Shown: one piece after another, positions 10,724-21,492 of the stretch
Position numbering within the stretch: the stretch's first letter is position 1
How the letters are laid out: each line of letters begins with the position of its first letter
Origin: Entomortierella parvispora E1425
Taxonomy: Eukaryota > Fungi > Mortierellomycota
Direction: 5' to 3'
DNA length: 64,000 bases
NCBI GenBank assembly: GCA_020891255.1
Contig: BQFW01000005.1
Coordinates: forward strand, 1,426,001-1,490,000
Position numbers and translations under genes: made by a program
Notes under the pieces: model-generated
The model's database searches: none
What the model saw: the letters and a program-made list of their open reading frames with translations, nothing else
Told to the model about the DNA's origin: nothing

Positions 10724-12640
10724 ATGAGTGAAGACATCACAGCTGATACCAGCGAGGTGTACATGTACGCGACTCAAGTAGAGACCGAAACAGCTCCCCA
10801 ACCAACCACGGCCACTACGGTGGCGCCACTACTTTCCCTTCATCGGCTAACGGTGGCGCCACGCAGCAAACAATACCAGACCAATGAGGGGGCAATTGAC
10901 TGCATGGTGCTGGCCCCATTTAAAAATATAGGACCGAGGTAAAACTGCTACCACTGTAACGCGTTGATTGACCCTTCCGCTGTCCTTCTTTTGATTTCCT
11001 GTTTTAGCGTGGGGTGTGTAAGAGTCCTATAAACCTGGTAGCGTTGTTCTAGACGTATGTAAAGTTGGTGGCGCTGTGATGGATCCCATAAAAAAAGGGA
11101 TCTTCTCTTTTTTTTTTGTGGCGCAAGGCCACATCTTGGCACCTTTGATGGTGTAATGATCATTCAAGTGTGGTTTTCTGATAGCCGCGTCAGGAATCCG
11201 GTATCTTGGCAAGATCTCGAGCACTATGACATCAAAGTTCATCCCCCATCCATCATTCATCTCCATGACGGTCAATTCCCTTGACCTGTGTGGCAATGTC
11301 GCTCATGGGTGCTGGATACCCTCCAGGAACGTATACGGATCTTTGGAGATGTTTATTTTTTACATGCGGGTACTGAAAAAAGATCATGTCGCTATTCCAT
11401 TGTTCCATTGCGTGAAACGTTGACTGCTGACATTCTTGCCCAGGAGCTTGATACACCTGGTACATACATATCGCCACTGTCGCCGTTATCATCACCCAGG
11501 AGGGACAAGAAACACTCCTCATGGACATGTTGTCAGTTGCCAACAGGCAGCAATCACAGCACGCCAGGATTTGGATGATGTCACTGACCGATGCCCGACC
11601 ATTCACTAATCAAACAACCTTTTGTCTGCATCTTTTCCAACTCTTTGGTTAACAAGCACTTTCCTTTCTTTTCGATCCGCCAACCCTCATAGTTGACCCA
11701 ATTCAACCCTCCAGTACGACAGAGTCTGGACCCCGTACTGACGCGAGGACATCTCCCCAAGGACAGCAAAGTCTAAACACTGGAAGAGTTCTACAGGTTA
11801 GGACAGAACCTTAATTGGATGATGATATTGACAACGAGGGCAACGATAATCAGGTCTCCGCGATCGGAGGAAGGTCCTCTACGTCAATAGTGGATAATGG
11901 CATGTCGAATTCCCCTTGTCATAACGGCCCTTACCGGAGTTCAACGCCCGAGGCAAGGCCTTATCCTGCAGCTGCCTCTAATATTTCGTCAGATCTACCT
12001 CTTTCAAGCAGGACGGCGGCTCATGAATCTCTATAAACATAGTCTCGGAGACGGTAAGCTTCTCATTCCTTGCTTTCACAAAGTGGGTTGGATGTGCTCC
12101 TTGGGAGAGCAACTGAAAAGTTGAGAAAGATGCGATCAAAGCTAGTTGATGACCCCGAGGGTTTTCAGGAGGAGTTATCTCAGCTACTCATCACCATCGC
12201 TGGTGTTCAAAGGTGGCCTCTGAAGTTATAACCAGAGATTGATGCCCAATCCAGAGCCATTGGTTGTATGGGAACTACTCTAACGCAAGCACAAGGAGTG
12301 CAGAAGCTCTTGAAGGAGACGCTTGGTCTTCAAGAACGGCTTCATGATGAGTCTACGGATCTTGAAACAATGTTGGCAATGGAGGAATGTTGCTATCGCA
12401 GCGGCCCGTTCAAAATGAGGACAAGGAGAAAATTGATGTGAAGCCTTCCCAGCTTCCTGAAGAACAGCGGGGCGGAGTTTTGGGCCCAAAGGAGACTAGA
12501 GAGACAGAGGCGTTTCACGCGGGTCCTGGTGCAAACCTGCACACTGAAAACCGTTGCCCAACAAAACCAGGGCGCATTGACTCTCAACCCCAACCAATAA
12601 GGGATAACAAGAATGTCGCTGTCACGGACAGGCATGGGTA
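10724..12640 (+). pseudogene. Possible decayed multi-exon gene of unknown family
   Basis: ATG at 10724 with a GTAAAA donor near 10939. Long near-open frames at about 11130-11578 and 11815-12640 are interrupted by single stops. No family recognised. Confidence 0.3.
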
Positions 12641-13123
12641 AGGGGGGATGTAAAAAGGAATAAATGGCAGACTTTGTGAGTTGCAGACTGGGAAATTATG
12701 AAGTCGCGTCTGTGGGTTTTACGAATGAGCCAGCATGAAGACTCGCCGTCATCCTCGATCAAAAAAAAAAAAAAAAAAAAAAAAAATGGAGATCGCTCGT
12801 ACAGACATCCAAACTTCAGATGACAATTACTTCTCTCATAGACAAGACAGATACGCATCCATTGGTGCATCTTTTCCTTCTTTGATATGCCATCAATCTT
12901 TGAAAACATGAGAATATAGATGTGAAAACCCACATCGCTATTAGCAATTCAAAATGAGAGTAAATTTGTCAGGAATTGACGCATGCAAATCATCTGCTCC
13001 AATTGATGCCTTTATTCTGACTCTGATTCTTGAAAGAGTTCGAAATAAAGATGAAGGTGTTTGATGGTTGTGCATAAAGAGAGCAATCCAGCAGACTTCA
13101 CCGAAAGACGTAGACAGCATGCG

Positions 13124-15080
13124 CTACTCCTTAAGTACTCGAGTCGGCGTACTGAAGCCAGGGCGCGTAAAGTTCTGCCCTTGGTCCCCTTTGGCGTGAC
13201 TTGCCGAGATCTCCGAGATCGTGTTTTCAAGTCGCTTTTGGACATGCAGTAAAACATTGATTGTTGTAGCCAGCACACCGAAGTCGAAATGGGATCTAGG
13301 AGTATAAATGGGTGCGATCGATCGGAGCGCATAAATGCCCCTAGCTTCCAACTTCATGGCGTACAAGCGTCCCTCGGTACCTAACGATTAGGTGGGACCA
13401 GGTATTATGATTTTGAGGCGCAGCAGACTACGCCCATCTATCAAAAGTGGACATGCACTTACCCACGATGTGGACACAGATAACTTCCGACGTACTGACG
13501 TCGATTCCTTGCCTGCTTATATCATCAACGGAGTCCTTCATCATACCTGCCAACTTCTCGAAATCATCCTTAACAACTGATGCACCTTTTAGTACTTCCT
13601 TTGCCTCCATCTAGAAGAGATATCAGACGATTCCACGTAACGCTGTTCTCAGTATGAAGTAGGCCGACGACCCACGCTGCCCTCATCAAGGCCCTTCTTC
13701 CTGTTTTGGTTTGGCGGGAACGCTTGATCCCTATAGTGAAAATCGTTGATGGTTACTTTCACATACCTTTCAGTGAACAGTTTGGCGGATAATTTTCTGT
13801 ACGTACCATCGACCAACACTTCCTTTCACATTGCAAATATATGCCTTAAGAAAGGGGTAGGGGTTGAAGACATGACTTCGCAACTCATGTTCGTTGAATG
13901 GTGCAGAGACCACAAAAAGTCATCCTCAACCAATCCCGTCAACACCTTTTTTATGCTGGTGTCTCCGTCCCAATTCAAGAGGAGGTTTTCCGCTCCCTGG
14001 TAACTCAGGCTACTGAGTTGAAGAGCTAGGTTTTGCAACTCCAACATCACAACATCATCAACTCCCTTCTCGATCTGGACAGAAGTAATAGCTCGCCACT
14101 CCTCAAGTCCAACGGCATCGAATAACGTGCTGTCCGTATCGCTTTGTTCAAAGAGATGTATATGGCCCCCAGCTCTACCAAACGGACAAATGAAAAGACG
14201 GCGTCAGGTAATTGCTTCAATGGAGAGGACCTTTTAGAACCCACTTACAAGTTACGTACAATCTTTCAACCGAGCTTGTGAGGGGAACTACTCGTTGAGC
14301 GGCATCGACTACACGTTTGCGGTATTTCTACAATGTGGGGGCTAGATCCTGATCATTGACAAGCCACGGCATCCGCAAAACCTCTGAGCCATCAGTGCTT
14401 CCATGTCCCGTAAGATAGTAGATATCCTTCGACAGTGACCGTGAACGTTCGCATTCTGACATAGTTGATGTTTGTGATAGTAGGTCATCATCTCTGTCAT
14501 CCAGGCGTGTATTGCCTCCTTCTGACTGCAGATCGTCGTCTCCGGCATCTGGGCCAACATCGATTCCTTTTGACACCAAGGCAATGTCAGAAGCCTCCTG
14601 AGTTCCATTTATCCGTGCATGACAGACATTTAATCCACATGATCAATCTTTCATCTCCCTCCTCTGGAGACGCATTACTCTCGTGAGCTTTAGCATCCAG
14701 GACGCCGTTGTCGTTCTCACAACGGTATTTTCTATCATAAGCAAAAAGTCGCTCACTTTAGTCATCCAAATAAAGAATTGCACCCAAGACGTTTCGGTCG
14801 GCAGATCGGAGAGGGTGTTTTCGAACGTTAATGCGGGCAGTGTCCTCGATATCACTGGCGGTCTCAGCATCATCCCGCTCCCGCCAAAATGCTCCTAGGC
14901 CATTTCCAGGTATTTTCCAGCTGGCCGGCAGCCGTTTGCCCTGATCAGTCAAGAAGGACTTTCAAGGACTTGTCCCACTGTTTATGCAGCCTTTGCTTGT
15001 TAGACAATTTCGGGTCGAAGGTTTTGAAGTAATCAACAGTGGTATATTGCCAGGGGCTGTCTGGGTACAGTAAAATGACT
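13124..15080 (-). pseudogene. Decayed Crinkler-type/Mucoromycota PD-(D/E)xK restriction-endonuclease-like gene
   Basis: Fragments read GRRP(D)FILRT...*YLF*MEAKEV...KDDFEKLAGMMKDSVD...HIVG, then an intron (GTAAGT...CTAAT...TAG), then TEGRLYAMKLEARGIYALRSIAPIYTPRSHFD...RPGFSTP. There are multiple stops and frameshifts, including one in the PD motif. Confidence 0.65.
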
Positions 15081-15305
15081 TCTTCGCAGTCGCTAACAAG
15101 AACGGATGTGCTTGACCTCTTTGCCTTTTCTCGATTTCGGTTTTGGCTTTGCTGTAGACTTCATTTTTGATTTCTGTACCATTGGGTCAAGGGTGGACGA
15201 TGCAAGCATGACGCGATTTCCGCGATTTCATGGTAAGACTGTAGCATTTACGTTATATAAATACCCAGACGCAATGCAATGTACTTTTTCTGGAATAAAA
15301 TATAG

Positions 15306-15677
15306 TTAAAACCTTGATCGAATATCCGGGAAATGCTCGTCAAGTAGCGCAGTTATTCGTTGAATATTGGCATTCCTCAAGAACATCGAGATAGTCCTCT
15401 TGAGGCGTTCGTCGTTAGTGATGAACATCAACAAAACGAGCCCGTTAATAACGACAGGTTCTCTGTGGTCGTCCGTTGGGAGATCTTCCGTCGTGAGCTT
15501 TATACATTGGAACAAACTGATTCCATCCCTGTCCCATGCTGTGACACGAGCTAAACTGTAGAGTGTTGGAAACGTTTCGTAAATCTCTCTCGCCAAAGAG
15601 ATGTCACCTCGTTGGACTTCTGAAACGTAGTCGACAGAAAGTCTCTTGGACAACTCCACAAATTTCCTGGCACTCAT
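15306..15677 (-). CDS. Small intronless orphan protein (123 aa), divergent from the thioredoxin
   Basis: Clean ATG-to-stop ORF with globular-like composition. No motif recognised. Confidence 0.5.
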   Translation of the reverse strand: MSARKFVELSKRLSVDYVSEVQRGDISLAREIYETFPTLYSLARVTAWDRDGISLFQCIKLTTEDLPTDDHREPVVINGLVLLMFITNDERLKRTISMFLRNANIQRITALLDEHFPDIRSRF

Positions 15678-16080
15678 AATTGGAATCGTGAAAGATGGAT
15701 GGGGGGAAAAATGTCAGGATCTTGGTCGAGAAGGGAGAATGTGAGCAGGAGAGAGGGTAGGAACTAGGGTAGGAGTTTATTGCAAGACAGGAGAACAAAG
15801 AAGAGGAGAACAAAGAAGAAGAGGAAAGAGGATGCCTCTCCGTGCATTTGTGTGGCACAATTGTCACCGAAGATGGCGCATCGCACAGACCCCCCCACCA
15901 CTTCCCCCCAGCCCGATTCCCTCTTCGTTCGCTTGGCTCCGCTACTGTATAACGTAAATAGAGGTGTGGCGGGAATATAGGGGTAAAAAGAACGAGCGGG
16001 AGCGGGAATCATCCTCTCCTCTGTCATTCCGCACCAAATTGGACAGGAGGACATCTCCGGCTTTTTTACAAGTAGAAATA

Positions 16081-16087
16081 TATAAAA
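16081..16087 (+). promoter_or_regulatory. TATA box upstream of the thioredoxin gene
   Basis: TATAAAA about 65 bp before ATG 16150. Confidence 0.5.
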
Positions 16088-16149
16088 AGGCTAAACTCGG
16101 CACCATCATCACCACAACTTCTGCTATCCTCACCATCATCGCGAATACA

Positions 16150-16556
16150 ATGAAGTCCACATTCAAACCCATATCCCTGATTTCAATGCTTGCGACTTGG
16201 TTGGCTGTAACTGCGATGATCGCCGTCGCTGTTCTGATAAGGTGCTGCAGCTGACAGATAGCTTATTCAACGCTGTCGTTCTCGAGTCTTCGAAGCCATT
16301 TTTGGTCGACTTCTGGGCAGAGTGGTGTGGCCCTTGCAAGAAGACTTTCCCGAGCCTCGATGAGCTCGCAGAAGAGTACGAGGGCAAAGTGATCATTGGC
16401 AAACTCAACATCGATCAGAGCCCTAACACAGCCACCCTGTACGGCATCCGCGGCATCCCAACGCTTCTCCTGTTTGAAGGCGGTAAAGTGAAGGCCACCA
16501 AGAGTGGGGATCTGTCCAAAGGCCGACTAAAGGAGTTTCTTGAGAGCAACTTTTAA
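16150..16556 (+). CDS. trxA: Bacterial-type thioredoxin (WCGPC) with N-terminal signal peptide; frame break at about 16231
   Basis: SDKVLQLTD...[13 protein letters not shown]...[23 protein letters not shown]...[13 protein letters not shown] aligns without gaps to E. coli TrxA as recalled (about 63% identity by hand). The signal-peptide-like [27 protein letters not shown] lies in the adjacent frame. Confidence 0.85.
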
Positions 16557-16879
16557 CTTTGTCCGCTCGAATGCAACAGAGGTCCAAACCAATGCGTGCG
16601 CAATGGCCAAACTGAGAGTAACAATCCGACCGTCTTGAAAATTGAGAAATACTCCAATCCATTTATGAAAGGGTATACTTGTTACCATGAAGGATTTGTC
16701 AAAAACAAAAAATAAAAAAAAAAATCAAAACCTGATGGCAAAGTTACATTGTGGCCAGCTCCTTGGTATCCTTTCTATGACCCTCATAGATGCGGTCTAC
16801 AATGCCTAAAAGTAGCCATTTGCCTATCTACGTGTAAACTGTATTTAGAACAACGATATTGGAAAGAACACACATATTT

Positions 16880-18190
16880 CTATTCAAACCGTTCATCTCT
16901 CGGTTGGTGGGGTCTATGGTAAGCTGTGTAGGTTCTTGCAGGCTGAGAAGCGGGGCCGATATTCCACTGTGAGGCTAGACGACACTCTAAACTTGTTCGG
17001 AACTCATCAAACCGTCGCTGCTGCTCAAGAAAAAGCCGCCTTTCCTCTCTGAAATCATCCAATCGACGCTGATGCTCCTCATCCATTCGCCTGCATCGTT
17101 CCCTAAACTCCTCCTCCATACGCTCGCTCCGCTCCTTGAGACTGAATTCTATCGCTTTCGCCCGATGTTGATAATAGGTTTCGAGATCCATTCGACGTTG
17201 TTGAAGAAGTGCGTCCGCTTCGGCTTCGGCACGCAATAGTTTATAGCTGTGTTCTCGCTCCCGCTCTTGCTCCCATTCCCGCCCTTGCTCCTGCGCCTGC
17301 TCTTGTCCCTGTCCCCATTCCCATTCCTGTCCCTGTTCAGGCAAATACCTCTCTTCAGGGTTAGGAACGTCCATAGCCCCCTCCTGCAACGCCCCCGTCT
17401 GGTTTTGCAAAGCACTGGGATCAAAAGTGACGGGAGCTGGCGTTTCATTCTTGGAGCGCTTTCTTCTTCCCGCATTTACTCTCTCCTCGTATAATGACCC
17501 TAGAGAAAAGTACAACTAGTTAGTGCCTACAATCTCGAATAAATATCCATCGGCAGAAAAGAAAATAAAATAAATAAATAAAAAATACCCCCAAAAAATA
17601 AAGATAGATTTACCTTCATCACCATCGTCCATATAGTTTGGCTCTTCAGAAGGTGATACGGTGCGTTTTCTGGAAGACGGGCCCGTTTCCAGACCGTCCA
17701 TGGATGGATCCGATTCAAGAACGGCATAGAGTCGATCGAAGTGTGGACAGACAGTTCGGGCCCTGTCCATCAAGACAGCCGCATCCTCTGTGCCACCGGG
17801 TCCTGGGATATTCATGAGCTCTCTGGCCTTGTCGTATTTTCCTTTGATGACTTGGAATCGACTCTTTGCAGAATTGTAGTCCATCGGCCTTATTGGTTTG
17901 GTGGTGGCGTTGATGTAGGTGGCGATCTCTTTGAAAACCTCGTTCTTGGATTTGCCTGCCACTCCTCGAGGATCCTTGAACCTTGCGTACAGCTTGGGGT
18001 CAGTGATCCAGTCCACAAACGCCAAGATGTCTGGTTTGTGCCAGTAATCCATCTCTTTGGCAATTTTCTTGGGGTCGATCATAACAACATCAGCGTCGTC
18101 GATATCGGTCGTGTGGGCGACACTAGTGGCTCTTCTCAGTTTGTCGGCTACTGCCCCGCGTGTGTTTGTCTTTTCGAGTTTCGTGGCCAT
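16880..18190 (-). CDS. Myb/SANT-like DNA-binding protein with acidic linker and E/R-rich coiled coil (Harbinger ORF1-like architecture)
   Basis: Exon 18190..17614 contains YWHKPDILAFVDWITDP...KNEVFKEIATYIN...SAKSRFQVIKGKYDKA...CPHFDRL. The intron 17613..17500 has GTAAAT, CTAAC and CTCTAG. Exon 17499..16880 follows in frame. Confidence 0.75.
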
Positions 18191-18224
18191 GAGGAGTAAA
18201 TTAGGGGAGGGTGTTTGGACAAAT

Positions 18225-18283
18225 GAATCAGATGAAATCAGATGAAATCAAATGTAATCAGATGTAATCAGATGTAATCAGAA
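18225..18283. repeat. 10-bp tandem repeat (GATG[A/T]AATCA) about x6, upstream of the Myb/SANT gene
   Basis: aaatgaatca gatgaaatca gatgaaatca aatgtaatca gatgtaatca gatgtaatca. Confidence 0.8.
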
Positions 18284-19215
18284 CAGAGCTTAGGTAGTCG
18301 GAGATGCAATGCAGGATGAGATGGGGTGTGGTTGTGAAAATGAGTCTGTTGAGACAGATTCCAGGGCGGAGGTTGGTTCCGATGCAGAGATTGTCAAAGG
18401 TCCAATGTCCCTGAGGATCTAGTCTTGATGGCGGCAGAGAGAAGGAAGGAGTGCTGTGATCTGGGTGCTGCATGCGCGCTGTCATGTGTGGTCCGAGCCA
18501 CCACAAAAGGGAAGTCCCCAAATACTGCACGTGCTCCCCCCCTTCATTTTTCACTGCGTGCCAACGCGCTTGCTTTTACACATCATCTCGATATCCAAAC
18601 TCATCAACTGCGGTAATCAATGTAAGCCGTCGTTTCGAAAGCTTATGGTACTCCACGCCATTACATCCATTCCATTTAGTTCATCCAATTTCATGAGGAT
18701 GACCCAAATGGAAGGAGAAAAACCGCGATTTACATTGAATACCTGATATCGCAACTCGCCCTGTCTCATGCGAGTAGCTGGATTTCATAGCGGCGTCTGC
18801 AGTCAATGGCTTCATCGCTTCACCTTATCCACCCCTACAAATCCTGCCATTCTCACTTCATACCTTCCCCTTTATTTTCTCCTTTTTGTCGCGTAAAGTG
18901 AACGCAATTCGATGAGCAACGCCGATTGTATCGAGTTCGCCAATGGGCTATGAGCTGACGTGATCACTCAGGTACCTCAGGATGGTATAGGGAGTTCTTG
19001 GAGAAATGCACTGAACCCTCAACCCACGTGTTTGCATCAGGAATCGATGTAGACTAAGCGATAAAGGTCGACAATGCGACCAGCTTACTTGCCAACTTGG
19101 AGCAGAGAGCAGCGCCCCTGAAAATTGTTAACACTCCTTGGGCATGAAATGGAAGTTTTTTACTGCTGGTTTTTGTCACCAAGAATCACTAGTAATAGAC
19201 TATCGAGTATGAATC

Positions 19216-21057
19216 TTAAAGACTCAGTCTGCCTGCAGGTTCGACCTCAAATGCCCCCACCTCCATGAATTCGTAATCAGACTTCATCCCGTAAAAGTCA
19301 TTCCCGTATTTCCAGCTTGCGAATATTGTGGCATTGATTCTTCCAGAGTCGACATCCATGACGCTCAGATTGACGTACTGCTTTATAGAAGTGGTAAGTC
19401 TCACTCGGATCTGTGGAACGCCTTTGGGAGCCGGCGCAATGCCTGTGAGTTCGATTCCGCCTAAGAAAGTATTCTGATTCGTCCATTTTCCCACCCCTCT
19501 AAAGACCCGGATGACAACTCGGTCCTGATAATCCTTTGTAGTGGAGAATGTATACATCTCGTTGACAATGGTCTCCCCGCCCCTGTATTTGAACATCACT
19601 CCGCCTGCAATCTCGATGCCAAAGGTAGCTCTAAGCGTTGAAGAAGCACACAACGTTTCACCGTCGTAGTGCCTTTCGTCTTGATACCAATGACCAAGCT
19701 TCCCTGCGCCCAGTACCACGGTAGTTTCGGGGTGATGCAATCCATGGTATTTTGTATGAGGACCAAAGTGATCTCGGATGGTTGACTGGAGAAGGGGTAT
19801 ATTGGTGGATCCGCCAGAGAACACAACGTCCTGGACATCGCTCTTGGTATACAGGGTAGAACCATTTATAGCCTCGTCGATTGCCATGATGGCTTTAGTA
19901 AAGAGATCCATGTTAATATCCTCGAATTGAGATCGAGTCAATACTTCGGAGAGACCTTGACCGCCAGATTGGAGAGGCTCTACTTCAATCAAAACCCAGT
20001 CTTTGATAGACAGCACCTGCTTGGCCATTTCCACTTTGGCTTTTAATCGAAGGAGAAACGAGTCGTCTCCGAAGAGGTCCTGACCAGTCTTGTTCTTGTG
20101 TGCTTGGAGCAGCCAGTTGACGACACGCTGATTGAAATTGTTTCCTCCTAGGTGTTGATTATAGACGGAGGACATGGTGACAAGTTCTCCCCCTTCGACT
20201 TTATGAACCGAGACCTCAAGGGTTGAGCTGCCGAGACGATAGACAAGAAAGGCTCTACCATATTCCATGCCGTTGTCGAATGGAAAGATAGCGGCAGAGG
20301 CTCTATTGTAGATCATGAACTGCCTGTAAACTGGCAGTGATATTACGGCTCTCATCAATGGCATCTCTGTCTTTTTAGAATCCAATCCATCAACTTCATG
20401 TTGATGATAAGAGGTGAAGTTCCCTGAGAGTTTTCCTGCCGTTCGTATATTTCGTCCATGGGGGGAGACAACGACTGTAAGGGTGATACGACCGATGACT
20501 GATTCCGCGTAAGTTATTAATTGTTGCAAATACTTTGTTGTCATCTCGATGAGGGTAAAGGCCTGGTGTCCGTCGAGGTCAGGTCTGCTGTGATAATGAA
20601 TATCATGCTTTGAGCGCAACTCGATGGGATGGTCAAGGTTGAAGAGAGTATTGAAAGGGTGCACATAGTGAGCTTCATCCGTGCCATCCTTGATCAACAC
20701 ATATCCTTCGGCTGTCCAGTTGGACTCCAACGGCCCAGGCGACGAGTGAGTTCCTGGACCAGTCCATATTATTTTCGGTTCACCCGTATCACCAAAGGCG
20801 AGTCCGTTAGCACCAACAAGAACACCCAAACGGGCCGCACTTGATCCAACATCTGGTGAAATGATAAAAATAAATATGGTGTCAATTACAAGATGCAGTA
20901 GTTCGATTTCAGAGGAGAGGAAGGTAGTGCAGTTGTCTGTACCAATTACAAGTGTCGACATTACCTCTCCTTGTGTAGGATGAGGCTGGGCTACAGAGGT
21001 GTGGTAGGCCAAGACGATCAAAGCAACCAGAACTGCAAATAGCTTGCTCGACCGCAT
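19216..21057 (-). CDS. Secreted, degenerate BiP/Hsp70-like protein (signal peptide, no lid, no HDEL)
   Basis: Signal peptide MRSSKLFAVLVALIVLAYHTSVA. A probable in-frame 90-nt intron at 20942..20853 restores LVIDVGSS. Hsp70 remnants include HLGGNNFNQRVV, LTRSQFEDINMDLF, FSGGSTNIP, TFSTTKDYQ..V.I.VF.G and LTGIAPAPKGVPQI. Confidence 0.85.
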   Translation of the reverse strand: MRSSKLFAVLVALIVLAYHTSVAQPHPTQGEVMSTLVIGTDNCTTFLSSEIELLHLVIDTIFIFIISPDVGSSAARLGVLVGANGLAFGDTGEPKIIWTGPGTHSSPGPLESNWTAEGYVLIKDGTDEAHYVHPFNTLFNLDHPIELRSKHDIHYHSRPDLDGHQAFTLIEMTTKYLQQLITYAESVIGRITLTVVVSPHGRNIRTAGKLSGNFTSYHQHEVDGLDSKKTEMPLMRAVISLPVYRQFMIYNRASAAIFPFDNGMEYGRAFLVYRLGSSTLEVSVHKVEGGELVTMSSVYNQHLGGNNFNQRVVNWLLQAHKNKTGQDLFGDDSFLLRLKAKVEMAKQVLSIKDWVLIEVEPLQSGGQGLSEVLTRSQFEDINMDLFTKAIMAIDEAINGSTLYTKSDVQDVVFSGGSTNIPLLQSTIRDHFGPHTKYHGLHHPETTVVLGAGKLGHWYQDERHYDGETLCASSTLRATFGIEIAGGVMFKYRGGETIVNEMYTFSTTKDYQDRVVIRVFRGVGKWTNQNTFLGGIELTGIAPAPKGVPQIRVRLTTSIKQYVNLSVMDVDSGRINATIFASWKYGNDFYGMKSDYEFMEVGAFEVEPAGRLSL

Positions 21058-21492
21058 TGAGAAGAGAGATGAGTTGAGATGAGTTCAGATGAGTTGAAAT
21101 GAGTTGAGACGAGGAGGGATGAGGAAGGATGAAGAGGATGAGAAGGAATGAGAGATGAGAGTAATAGGAAATTTATATCTTTCAGCCCTGCCAGCATGTG
21201 CAACCATGTAAAAATACGCCACGTATTAGATGGCGTTAGCTTCCTCGTCTAAAAAGTCCTGTGGAACTCGTCGATCGAATGAATGCATAGTGAGAGTAAG
21301 GGAAATGCAGATGATAAGGGAAATTGTAATAGTAGTAAAAGATAACGGACTCGACCCATTCATGATAATGAAGGCTGAATAGAGAAAGCGTCGCAGTTTT
21401 CGACGCGTTTTGTCCAGATAGCAAGCAATGAGAATGTTCTAATGGATATGATTTATAGTACATGCCATGATAATGGCAGAAAGAAAGACAAA

